Assembly (NCBI RefSeq): GCF_004010195.1
Contig: NC_057714.1
Location: 15,304,738-15,368,737 of the forward strand
DNA length: 64,000 nucleotides
Reading direction: 5' to 3'
Origin: Chiloscyllium plagiosum
Taxonomy: Eukaryota
Both the position numbers and the translations under genes were made by a program. Positions 25,640-37,539 of this stretch are shown here, one piece after another. The notes below the pieces were generated by a model. It was not told the DNA's origin and searched no databases. It saw only the letters and a list, made by a program, of their open reading frames with translations. Every line of letters begins with the position of its first letter. Within the stretch, counting starts at the first letter, position 1.

Positions 25640-27340
25640 GGTAGTGACAGGAAATTGTGCATCTTGGGGCAGCTGCTTGAGGGTCAATTCACACCTGACA
25701 TGTGGCAATTGTTTAAAGACCAGTTCATCAGAGTTCAGGACCAGCAGGTTCCTCTGAGGATAAAAATAAGGATGGCAAGATTCGAGAACCTTTGGATGAC
25801 AAGAGATAATGAAAGTTTAGTCAAAAAGAAAAAAGGAAGCATAAAATGTTTAGGAAACGGATATCACACAAGGCCTTCGAGGAATATAAAGGTAGCAGAA
25901 AAGAATCTGAACAAGGAATTAGCAGGGTTAAAAGGGGCCATAAAAGATTCTTGGCAAGTAAGATTGAGAAAAATTCCAAAGAATTCCAAATTGTATATTA
26001 GGAGCAAGAAGGTAGCTAGGAAAAGGATAGGTCCATTCAAGGACAAGGGAGGGAATTTATGCATGGAGCCAGAGAAAACATGTGAGGTCCTTCTTGAGTT
26101 CTCTGCGTCTGTATTCACCAAGGAGAAGGACATGCATGGTGGTAAGATTGGGATGGAGTACATTGATATTCTGAGGCGTGTTGATGTTAAGAAGGAGGAG
26201 GTGTTGGGTGTCTCAGGAAACATTAAGTCACCAGTGCCTGTTGGGATCCAACTGAAAGTGGGTACTTCAGATATTGGAGATTAGAGTCAAGATTAGAGTG
26301 GTGCTGGAAAAGCACAGCAGGTCAGGCAGCATCCGAGGAGCAGGAAATTCGATCTTTTCGGGCTAAAGCCCTGATGCTGTCTGACCTGCTGTGCTTTTCC
26401 TTCACTACTCTAACTATGACCCTGTTGGGATCTATCCTACTGTACTTAAGGAGGCAGGGGGAAGGAGATTGCTGGGGCTCTGTCAGAGATCTTTGTAACT
26501 TCTTCAGTCGCAGGCAAAGTCCCAGAAGGCTGGAGAAATGCGAGCATTGTTCCTTTATTTAAGAAGGGCAACAGAGACAATCCAGGAAATTAATAGGCTG
26601 ATGAGCCTTACGTCAGTGGTAGAGAAAGTATTGGAGAAGATTTTTAGGGACAGGATTTATTCACATTTGGAGAAGAATGGATTTATTAGGGATGGCTTTA
26701 TGTGGGGGAGGTCTTGTCTCAAAAAGCTTCATTCATTAGTTGGGGTACTGAGCATAAAAGTTGGCAAGTCATATTACAGCTGTATAAGGTTGTATATAGG
26801 CCACATTTGGTGTATTGTGTGTGGTTCTGTTTGCCAAACTATCAGAAGGATATGAAGGCTATGAAGAGGGTGCAAAAGAGGTTTATCAGGATACTGCCTG
26901 GATTGGAATATATCAGATATAAGGAGAGGCTGGACAAACTTGGACTGTCTTCGCTAAAAGGGCTGAGGCTGAGGGGTGACTTATAGAAGTACTTTAAATT
27001 ATGAGAGGCATGGATAAGGTGGTTGCTACATCTTTTTCCTCGCATGAAAATGTAAAAAAGTAAGATGCATAGGTTTAAAGTGAGCGGGGAAATGTTTAAA
27101 GGAGATGTGTAAGTAAGTTTTTTACATAAACAGTTGTAGTTGTCTGGAACATACTGCCAGGGGAGATATTAGAAATAAATGTGATAGCAAAATTTAAGAG
27201 GCGTTTAGATGGACAAATGAACGGGCAGGGAATACAAGGATATGGACCACATCTGGTCAAATAGGATTAGTTTAGAATGACATCATGGTCGGCACAGATA
27301 TGGTGGCTAAAGTCAAGTTCCTGTGCTGTACTGTTCTGTG
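25640..27340 (+). mobile_element. CR1 LINE relic (ORF2 middle to 3' end, internally deleted)
   Basis: ORF 25619-26284 (YIRSKKVARKRIGPFKD..SASVFTKE..KSPVP), then RLMSLTSVVEKVLEKI and KRVQKRFIRILPGL, then the 3' end. Confidence 0.88.
26251..26420. mobile_element. Palindromic Penelope-pLTR mini-element, copy 2 (inserted in CR1 KSPGPDGIYP codons)
   Basis: TSD CCTGTTGGGATC(C/T)A at 26237-26250 and 26421-26434; inverted GAAAAGCACAGCAGGTCAG / CTGACCTGCTGTGCTTTTC. Confidence 0.85.
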
Positions 27341-27363
27341 TAACTCAGTATCACTTACAGGGA

Positions 27364-27562
27364 GTGAAAGTGAGGACTGCAGATGCTGGAGATTAGAGTC
27401 AAGAGTGGGGTGCTGGAAAAGCACAGCAGGTCAAGCAGCATCCGAGGAGCAGGAGAATCGATGTTTCAGGCAAAACCCCTTCATCAGGATTTTTCCCAAA
27501 ATGTTTATTTTCCTGCTCCTCAGATGCTGCCTGACCTGCTGTGCTTTTCCAGCACCCCACTC
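27364..27562. mobile_element. Palindromic Penelope-pLTR mini-element, copy 3
   Basis: TSD ATCACTTAC(A/G)GGG at 27350-27362 and 27563-27575; inverted arms. Confidence 0.85.
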
Positions 27563-29839
27563 ATCACTTACGGGGTGCTGTTGCTGCAGTTAGCAAGGAA
27601 GCCTCAGAAACTGAAAAACATGATTGAAGGAGTTTCACATGGCAAACCCAAGTCCTTCAGTGCCACGTGAGAGTCCCTTGTCCAGACAGTGGAAAGGAAA
27701 AGAGAGGTTCTATTTCCTCCCAGAAAGCCTTCCAATCAATATCTCTATTTCCAATAGGTACCAATGAAGTCAATACCAGGAGTTTAGCTGCTAGGACACA
27801 GCTGCAGTGCCAAAAGAAACTAAGTGTCCTCACCAAAGTTGTCAAGGTATAAATACTATGCTTAACCTGCTGCTCATATCATCAGGCTCACAACTTAGAA
27901 AATTCGCTTTCCTGCTTTTATTCATTCTCCTCCAAAGACATCACTTCAACTTGATCTTCTGTCATTCACAAAAACTATTCTGCAAGCCTTGTTTTTTATA
28001 CACAATCAACCAACTATTCTGCCATGCAGATATATGCTTTGAACTCTTCACAACACAATTAGTGGGAAATTCTTAAAGCCAGAAGTGATATAAAAACAAT
28101 GACTGCCATCACAGAATGCCACCTATTCATTCTTTTTCTTGCAGAAACATCTTTCTGGCCAAACCAGGGGATGAGGCATAGCTATGTTGAATGATAACAT
28201 TGCAGGAAACACTACACATTTTTTTTTTCACACTGATATACTCTTTTTGTTTCTCGTAGGCTACACTGTAGTTACAGTTAAGAGCCACTTAGTCTCAGAG
28301 GCTGCATCTATGTCTACTTTAAAGGAGTACATTTCATTTCATTATCATTTGGAGAAGCACAGGGAATAAGTTTCATCAGCAAGGCAAGGGAATAGGACAT
28401 CGCATGCTTCAGTGATCAAGATCACACACTAGCGCTGCTTCAGGGGATTCAGATGCTAACTTCAGTAGTTTAAAAAAATGCTACAGATAATTTATTGCCG
28501 CAGAAATAATTCACGAATCATGCAAACTTTTGAAGCACATCCTACCACAATTGAGAAAAATGTGAAACAGAGTTAAGGAATATTTAGAAAGTTAAAACAG
28601 AAGCAGCCTCAGTATAATTAACTTGCTTGCTTTGCTTCCATGATTTATGAATGATTTTCACATTTTTGTTCCAACTTGAAACAACTTGCATCAGCAAAAA
28701 AAAAAATAACTCAACCAGATACCGACATGGGCGGTGTTACAGACATATTATATATATATAGTGCCCACAAACAGAATGTAGCTTTAATAATGTGTGGAGT
28801 AAAGTACTTTAGATCATCCACATAAAATACCTGCAAGGTGTCAGCATTTCTCTTCCATACACTTTCCTGTATTAGTGTCATTGGTACAGAATTTTAATAT
28901 TTATTAAACAAATGCATATGCAATGGATATGAAATTGAATATAATCTGTAAAGAGTTCTCTATTTTTGATACACTTTAAGGTTTTTAACATTAGCATTAT
29001 GGTGTATCCACAAACATTTTCAGTATTAAACAAATACTGAATAAATGTTAACATATGGGATTGACATCCAAATCTGAAAGTATAAAGGCAGCACCCCGAA
29101 ATGTCATCTTCGAAGTTTATATTTTAAGGCAAGTACAACAAACACCCTTGCATAAATGTAGTTTATTTAACAATCTCAGGACACCCCATAGTGTTTTACA
29201 GCCAATAAACCACTTAAAACCCCCACAGAATCAAACTGTAGAGAATGGAGGATGTAACAGATCGAGCTGTGCATGACCAACAATTTTTTCATTCACTTTT
29301 CTCCATTCAGATATATCTGGTGAACTCCATTCTGCTGCTCCTTTTTTCTTCAAATACACATTGATCTCACTGATCCAGGATCAGTTTCCATAAAATGAAT
29401 TCTGGCTTTTTCACTGGATTACTTTTCTCCACTCAGTGGCCATTTCTGTAGTGTCAGGCTGCTGTCAGACATCAAGTAGTGGATGAGGCAGATGTCTGGA
29501 ATAACACATTGAATCATACACTTCTACTGCTCAGCAGAAGGTTATTTAACACATTGAGCTTGCATGAGCTCTCTGAAAGAGCTCTCCACTTCATCCCATC
29601 CACTTGTTCTTTCCCTGTACTTATTTCTTTCAAGTATTTTTCCATTTCCTTTCAAAAGCTGTTATTGATTTGGAAGGAGATAAATCACTTGGGCAGGATT
29701 TTACACATGGAACAGAATTCAACAGATTTTCTGTCCATAACATGAATGGCCAGGAAATCAGGCAAGATTCAATACATTTTGAGCATTCTTTGAAGTTGAT
29801 CTTTCTCTATATGCTGTGCCCAAGCAATCAGTTTTTTTT

Positions 29840-30164
29840 TTAGATTAGATTAGATTATTTACAGTGTGGAAACAGGCCCTTCAGCCCAACAAGTCCACAC
29901 CGACCCTCCAAAGAGCAACCCACCCAGACCCATTCCTCTACGTTTATCGCTTCACCTAACACTATGGGCAATTTAGCATGGCCAATTCACCTAACCTGCA
30001 CATTTTTGGACTGTGGGAGGAAACCGGAGCACCCGGAGGAAACCCACGCAGACGCGGGGGGAACGTGCAAACTCCATAATGACAGTTGCCTGAGGCAGGA
30101 ATTGAACCCGGGTCTCTGGTGCTGTGAGGCAGCAGTGCTAACCACTGTACCACCATGCCGCCCC
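29840..30164 (-). mobile_element. HE1-like V-SINE, young, full length
   Basis: (AATCT)n tail; reverse head GGGGCGGCATGGTGGTACAGTGGTTAGCACTGC; CpGs retained. Confidence 0.95.
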
Positions 30165-30365
30165 AACGTTACATTGAGGGAGCAATAAAATAAACATCTG
30201 CTCCTATAGACTGTGACCTAATTAATGATTTCCATGGACCAAGAATTGGCTTTTTAATTTAAAAACCTTAAAAACCAAAATGTTCATATTCTAGATTTCT
30301 CCCTTTTAAACATCTGAACAACTCTTTCCCCTTATTCTTTTTTGAATATTTTCATTCAATGTGTA

Positions 30366-30996
30366 TGTTATGGACTAAGCCAGACCATTCAAAACATCCT
30401 TAAGCAGACATTCTCAACACACCATAACTTTGCAATTTGTTTCGGTAAGTGTACAGTGAAAATTACTCCGGAGTAAGTTTGCGAGGTTGACTACCAGGTT
30501 TTAAAACAGACTAAAATTTATTCACAAAATTACACAATGAAACACAAAGGATATAATAAAGAACTCAGTCTATCCAAACCAGACTTAATTATACTGTTCC
30601 AGATATACACAACACTATAATAAGCAAACCCCCTTAAAGAAAAGTTTTAAAAATCGAACAGATGCTTGCAGGTTGATGTTAGAAGGGCAGAAGGAGAGAG
30701 AAAGCCTGTTCACACAGTCCACTGCTGAACTCCCAACTAGTTCTGGACTGAACTGCTCAGCTGACCACTCTCCTTCCATTATTCAGGTCACTTCTCAAAC
30801 ATGACCACTTTGGCCTGAAGTCTCATCTGCTTTCATATAAACAAAAGGCCTCTCAAAATTCTTTTATTTCTGTGCCAAACCAGTCTAATCAGAGTCTGGA
30901 CTGTGTACAAACTCTCTGAAAAAAAAAAAAAATCAAGGACACAATATCCTTGAGAAAAGGAACAGCTTTTAGAAAAAAGAGAGCAGCTTTGTGACC
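30366..30996 (-). mobile_element. 3' LTR (~630 bp) of a Gypsy-type element
   Basis: Termini TGTTA... / ...TGAC(C). Adjacent polypurine tract on - (AAAGGGGGGAAG, 30997-31008). AATAAA on - at about 30517. Confidence 0.75.
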
Positions 30997-31174
30997 CTTC
31001 CCCCCTTTAAAAAAATGAACAATCAATATCAAAAGATGGCTTCACTTTTAAATCCCATCAAAAACCTAGTTAGTAGTCTAAACACACATATACACCAAAC
31101 TATCTATACACATGCAAACATGCACAACTACGTGTAAAATCAATGGCACACCTGCCATTGAACATGTCCATAAC

Positions 31175-31614
31175 TCATTCAAGTCTCAATAACATATCAG
31201 CAATCACATTTTCGTGATCTACCACATGCACAATTGTCAAATTGAATGGCTGCACCAACAAGCTCCATCTAAACAGTTTGGCATTTTGTCCTTAAGATTT
31301 TCCACAAATGTCAGTGATCAGATTGCCTCAGGTGCATTGCTGCTAATATAAACACTGAGATGTTGTAAGGCCAACCCCAAGCTTAAATTCTCTTTCTCCA
31401 CCATTAATCACTTCTGTTGATGAACATTCAACTTCCTGGAAAGATACCCAGTGGGTCTTTCTATTCCCTCATCATCCTCCTGTAGGAGCACCGCAGCACC
31501 GCACCAACACCCACATCACTGGCATCAATAGCCACCTTGAAAGGCTTCGTGTAATCCAGTTGGCTAATACTGGGGCAGTGGTTAACACAGTTTTTAGGCT
31601 GTCAAATGTCTCTG
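31175..31614 (-). pseudogene. Gypsy (Gmr1-like) RNase H at the C-terminus of pol
   Basis: FDSLKTVLTTAPVLA/DYTKPFKVAIDASDVGVGAVL/LQEDDEGIERPTGYLSRKLN..EKENLSLGLALQH...LFRWSLLVQPFNLTIVHV..ENVIADML then TGA at 31175-31177. Confidence 0.88.
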
Positions 31615-31792
31615 TATATTTGAAGCAGGTAATGGGAAGGTATGATAGATGCTGAGGAACTGGGAAGTGGGATCAGTCGTCCGAGGAGGAGAATGACAGC
31701 AGCTGGGAGGTGGAAGGTCTCTTTGTCCAAAACAGAACTCGGCTGCACCAGGAACTACAAGTCAGACAGGAGCTGATTGGCACCTGGTTCTA
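31615..31792 (+). pseudogene. Possible C-terminus of a Harbinger transposase
   Basis: Acidic DQSSEEEND...QVRQELIGTWF*, resembling the acidic tail + R..LI...F* end of HARBI1-like proteins. Confidence 0.4.
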
Positions 31793-32210
31793 GTAGATGA
31801 GAGCTGGTTACAGCAGACCATTGAGGAATGTAAAATTACCATTGGTCAAGATGCCAGCCTTTGTTTTCCATTGTAGGGGTAAGCCCCTATTCATTTTGAT
31901 GTGTTTTTACCGACTGTAAGTAAAAGCTCAGATTTGGCATTGTCCCATTGCTTACCTGAATGGGAGTTCCCTAACTGGTCACTTGAAAGAAAATGTAAGA
32001 AGCAGCCTTACACTTCAAAACACTTTTGTTGTTTGAAAACACTCTTCAACGTTCTAAGAGCATACTGAGAAAGATCTCGTGAAAATAAAAGTAATTCTTT
32101 TCTGAGTTACCTTGGGATAGCTTTTCTTGCTTCTTATATTAATGACAATATTTACAGGAATATTCTTGCCATTTTTGTTTGTTACTTCTCATTTATTCTA
32201 CTCTCTAGTG

Positions 32211-33273
32211 TTGAGGAGGTGCCGGTGTTGGACTGGAGTAGACAAAGTCAGAAGTCAACAACACCCAGGATCTAGTCCAACGGGTACTAGTCCAAATTAT
32301 AAGCTTTCAGGGCATAGACCCTTCATCAGATGAAGTGAGTGAGAAGCACACAGACACAGAATTATAGGAGAGAGATCAAAGGCAGAGATATCAAAAGGTC
32401 ACATCAATAATCCTTTCGGGATCTTCTCTGCTTTCTTGCATCTCTGTGGAAACTTGATGTCTGTGCTGATATGCATGATCTTCTTGGAAATCCTCGCCAC
32501 TTTGAGCCAGCAGTCTGTGGCTCAATGGTAGCCATGACGTGGAGGTGCTGGTGTTGGACTGGGTAGACAAAGTCAGAAGGTGAAAGTGAGGGCTGCAGAT
32601 GCTGGAGATTAGAGTCGAGAGTGTGGTGCTGGAAAAGCACAGCAGATCAGGCAGCATCCGAGGAGAATCGATGTTTCAAGAAAAAGTGGCACGGCACGGT
32701 GGCACAGTGGTTAGTACTGCTGCCTCACAGCGCCAGAGACCTGGGTTCAATTCCCACCTCAGGCAACTGTCTGTGTGGAGTTTGCACTTTCTCCCCCTAT
32801 CTGTGTGGGTTTCCTCTGGGTGCTCTGCTTTCCTCCCACAGTCCAAAAATGTGCGGGTTAGGTGAATTGGCCATGCTAAATTGCCCGTAGTGTTAGGTGT
32901 AGAGGAATGGGTCTGGCTGGGTTGCTCTTCGGAGAGTAAGTGTGGACTCGTTGGGCCGAAGGGCCTGTTTCCACACTGTAAGTAATTTAATCTAAAAAAA
33001 AGTCACACAACACCAGGTTATAGTTTATTTGAAATCACAAGCTTTTGAGTGTAGCCCTTTCATCTGGTGAAGTGAGAGAGAAGTTTCTGCAGAGATGCAA
33101 GAAAGTAGAGAGGATCCTGAAAGGCTTACAGATATCATCTTCAGATCTCTCTACTCATAAATTCTATGTCTGTATGTTTATATTTCACTTCACCTGATGA
33201 AGGGCCTACCTCCGAAAGCTTGTTATTTCAAATAAACCTGTTGGATTAGAACCTGGCGTTACGTGACTTCTGA
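32211..33273. mobile_element. Non-autonomous Penelope family B composite: tandem pLTR-ORF stub-pLTR on - plus inverted copy, with nested family A pLTR (32580-32676) and HE1
   Basis: GGAGGTGC.GGTGTTGGACTGG repeated at 32215 and 32541. ORF start ATGGCTACC..RISKKI.HISTDIKFPQRCKKAEKIPKGL on -. Inverted copy at 33075-33273. TSD CTACTCTCTAGTG / CTACTTTGTAGTG. Confidence 0.82.
32688..32995 (+). mobile_element. HE1-like V-SINE nested in the Penelope composite
   Basis: Full head and V-domain; flanking AAAAAGT direct repeat. Confidence 0.93.
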
Positions 33274-35777
33274 CTACTTTGTAGTGCTCTAAGTGCTCAT
33301 TAACACCAGGAATACAAATTAATTGCCTCTACCTTTGCTTTTGTCCAAACGTTATCAGTTATGCAAGAGTGGGATTCGTTCATTCCGGCTTGGATCATTT
33401 TTCCTCCCTCTCCTAGAAGAGAGATTGGCTTTCTGCTTGACCTTTTTATCAATGGTAGTAAAATTGAAATTAGGAATTCCATGAGCTGATCTCATTTGTG
33501 GCTAGGTAGCACATTTGCTATTTTGTTAACTGATTGTGTATTCTACCGACCAGCTCGCTGAATGATCAGCTCAATGAATAATCAGCGTACGATGGAAAAT
33601 GATGGCTTGCTTTACTTAGTCAAAAAAATTAGAAACTTTTCAACAAGTTGTAAAACCTAATCAATTGATAAGTACATTTTTAACAACAGAAAATTTATTT
33701 GTATAAATATTGTCAATAGATTCTGGAAAGTAGTTGCTAAAACTCTTATTCTTTCTGTATTAGATGTTGGACCACTGAGAAAACAAATGGTGAGATCAAT
33801 AGAGAATGCATTGCAGTTAGATGCAAAAAAAAATCAAAACTTACACTTCAAAAATCAAATTCTACACTCTTAACAATTCTTCAATCTGATTGATGAATGA
33901 GATGCATCATTGCCCTAAACGCTTGTTAATATAAGTCCCGGGTACCCTGTATAGAGCATTGTGCTTCTTTCAACGATTGATTGGTGATAACTTCTGGTGG
34001 AAAAGTCCCTAAAAATTCACAAATAAGTCCAAGTGTAATGAATGGCTGGTGTAATTCATTCACAACTGAGAGCAAAATGTGACTCATTAAACATTTCTTG
34101 CCATGAGCTGCACATGAACTTGAGGAAAATTCTAGATTTTGTGATTTTTTTTTGATAATACCATTGAAATAAAGAAAGTTCAATCAAGGAATGCTTAAGT
34201 AAATCATCATTTGTCCTTCTTCAACAGCTCTATTCAAACGAAAGCATACAAAGAACAAGATCGATTTTAATGACTTGGAATGACACCGTCAGATAATAGT
34301 CTAAATTTTAATTGCTTTCGGCTAAAAGTTCTTGCTCCACTCTCTTAGTGTCAGTGTTTGCCAATTAATTTTAAATGAGTGATTTCATCCTTTCTTAAAA
34401 TATGTAGGAATGGATTTCAGATGCATGCATTTGGCTTTGCATGGTATATTTCAAATGTAATTTCAAAATCTATATATGTGTAAGATCAAGCAGAGTGGAT
34501 TTCATGGTCTGGCAATAAAATATATACAAAGAATAAATAAGATGCATTGGTAAAGAATACATGGACTATCCATGATGCTCCAATAACCTCTATATCAGCA
34601 TGGCTGATGAAATAATTTATTATGTGAAAACATTCTCAGCTGTTAAGTGTATCTGAAAGGCTCAAACTGTGTAAAGCAGAACAATTGTGGAAAGATCATG
34701 CTTAAAGTGTAAGTGAATAACAGTAGCTTGTTTGATTGCCATATTGATCAATCCGCTACAGAGAAGCACTTGATTTGTATCGTGCTGAGCTCAAACTGAC
34801 ATGCAAGATGTTAGGAAGAAGATTTTCTTCTTGTCACTTGCTGTTGGCTGTGCAGCAAGGTTGAGATAACTTTCTCAGGTAGGTCAGAGATCTGATGGCC
34901 TCAATGTGTTGGGATTTTTCAGTTGTTTATTTTGCTGCTTCATTACTGACGGCTACTGTAAGTGAGCTGATTTTATTTACAGTGCTAAATACCACCGGTG
35001 CAGTTTTCTTTCAAAATCAGAGTCACCAGCTGACTCAGGGGATTACTGCTATCTTCTCCCTGCTTGATAATTGATATTGAACATGGAGGGAAAGCCTCGC
35101 AAGCTAGTAGCAATTAACTAAAAGGATTTGCAGCTCCATGATTCATCACATTTGCAAAAGAAGTTACCAATGTGCAATGTTTCCATCATCACTGGATCAT
35201 CTCTGAAGTCACAACTCTTGTTTGCTTCAAACATTGTCCTGTTAAATTTTATACTTTTGCAGTGTTTATTTTCTTAGAAATGAATTCATGTATCGGGTCT
35301 CTTGTACCCTTTGATTTGCCTCTCCCAAAATAAATAACACGGTCAACTGAACCTATTTTGTCTTGAAGTCTTGAATAGCAGTGCCAGACTTGTTCTTACA
35401 GGAAGACATCAAATATACTTCATCTAGTTTATAGGATTAACCACAAATTGGCAACATTTCAACAAACATTTCACTGTGTTCCAATCTTTAGCTCCTTCTG
35501 AAAATAAGATATTTGAAGAAGTTACATTTAGCTAAAAGGATTTGAAAACTAGACAATAATGAGCTTATTCTAATTAAGAACCTTCTATGGTCGAACCTTA
35601 TATATGTTTCCACTCATGATACCAAGATGAAAATCACAGTATTGGAATAATCTTTAATAATAATTTGTTCAAGCACTTAGGAATAGAAATTGATAAAGCT
35701 GCACCTGTTCTCTGCATGTTAAATGGGCAGCAAATCATTCAACATTGCAGGCCTCATGTGTCCATTCGTTCTTTGTT

Positions 35778-35978
35778 GAGAGTGGGGTGCTGGAAAAGTA
35801 CAGCGGGTCAGGCAGCATCAGAGGAGCAGGAGAATCGATGTTTCGGGCAAGAGCCCTACATCAGGAATGAGCCTCGTTCCTGATTCTTCTTCTCCTGAAA
35901 TGCTGCCTGACCTGCTGTTCTTTTCTCGCACCACATTCTCAACTCTGATCTCCAACATCTGCAGTCCTCACTTTCTCC
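35778..35978. mobile_element. Palindromic Penelope-pLTR mini-element, copy 4
   Basis: 19-bp TSD TGTCCATTCGTTCTTTGTT / TGTCCATTCATTCTATGCT (35759-35777 and 35979-35997); inverted arms. Confidence 0.87.
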
Positions 35979-36894
35979 TGTCCATTCATTCTATGCTGGC
36001 AGTTTATTGCCTTGCCTATTGGTATAATACTGATGAAAGCATTGGGGTTTTTGCATAAAGGAACTAACACTAGCTTAAGGCCACATTTGCTAAACTGGTC
36101 TGTACTGAATGCCAATGCCAAGGTAGCTGAGTTCAGGGAAAATAGTCTACATGTAGTTTCTACCAAAACAAATATATTTGTTAACAGATGCTAACCTGAA
36201 TATGGAGTTGGGATCAGCAAGAATACTGTTCCTGAATTCAGCAGTGACAAAGGCCATTGGTTGCTATTCCGTCCACTTCTAATTATTTTTATCTATCCGT
36301 TTATGACTATCCTGAGAACCAATGTCAACAATATCTAGCGCCTAAATCTATTACTAATGAAATTTGAGGCCTAATCTCAAGAGCGTTTTGGGTTTACACA
36401 TTCCATATCGGAATAACTTCCTTTATCCTGGTTGTGGTAACAATTTGGTTAACAAGTCAATTTGTAGGCCCCTCACACTTCAAAATACACTGGACTATGC
36501 CAGTTTGGTCATAATTTGTGATGGATTTGAGACATTGCCTCATTCCTTTGTAACTCAGGTGTTGCTAATGTAAGGGCGGTGGCTGTGAAAAGGCTTTACC
36601 ATGCTTGGTAATTATTGATGAAGTCATGTTTTTCAGCAAATAGTCATGATCTGTGCCATATTTGTGGGATGGTGAACCATGTTATTTCACACCCTCCAGT
36701 TAATTAACAAAGACTGGCAACAAATCATTTGCACTGAATGTAGTTACTCTCTGTATAAAATAGCCACAAGCAATCATTGGCAATCAGATCTTGATGAAAA
36801 ATGCGCTCAGGTTCTATTCTATACTTTCATCGTATAATTTTTAAAAAAATCTTGCATTTAATATGGTAACAATATTCAATTTTACAATTTTATT

Positions 36895-37177
36895 AGATGA
36901 AAGATATAAAAGAGACCAAAGGGGCAACTTTTTCACGCAGAGGGTGGTACATGTATGGAATGAGCTGCCAGAGGAAGTGCTGGAGGCTGGTACAATTGCA
37001 ACATTTAAGAGGCATTTGGTTGGGTATATGAATAGGAAGGGTTTGGAGGGATATGTGACCGGTGCTGGCAGGTGGGACTAGATTGAGTTGGGATATCTTG
37101 TCAGCATGGACTGGTTGGACTGAAGTGTCTGTTTCCATGCTGTACATCTCTATAACTCTATGACTCTATGACTCTAT
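36895..37177 (+). mobile_element. HER1 LINE 3' end, (ACTCTATG)n tail
   Basis: ERYKRDQRGNFFTQRVVHVWNELP; tail repeats. Confidence 0.92.
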
Positions 37178-37539
37178 AATAAAGATATATAAACCAAATA
37201 TGTTACTGAGGATAAATTTTCATCTCCACTACAATGGTAGTAATTATAGATTCACAGAATTATTGGGATAAAACTTGGCTCACATCTATTTCTGGAAACG
37301 TGATTTGTAATCTACCTGCACCCATTCCCATTGAGCCAAACAGGAAACAATTGCACAATTCCTATGCACAGCCTGGCATCATCCAGCTGTTGGATAATGA
37401 CGTGCTCAGCAGAGAATCTAACAATGAGGAAAGTTAACACATGTTCCAGCCATTCTCCAGCTCTTAAAGGCAATCTGTCCCAGGCAGTCTGTCCCTCTTA
37501 AAGGAAGCTGCACTGAATGAAAGAGACTGTTATAACTGG

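Noticed and set aside
25619-26284. 221-aa ORF as a host gene
   Set aside because: It is the CR1 ORF2 linker region, with frameshifts, running into the palindromic insertion.
29962-30188. Recurrent short ORFs such as MVVQWLALLPHS / MYSMETDPSVQP / CWKSTAGQAASEEQE as a peptide family
   Set aside because: These are translations of HE1, antisense HER1 tails and pLTRs; they recur because of repeat copy number.
32688-32760. tRNA-like sequences with A and B boxes
   Set aside because: They are SINE heads continuous with the V-domain, with no complete cloverleaf.
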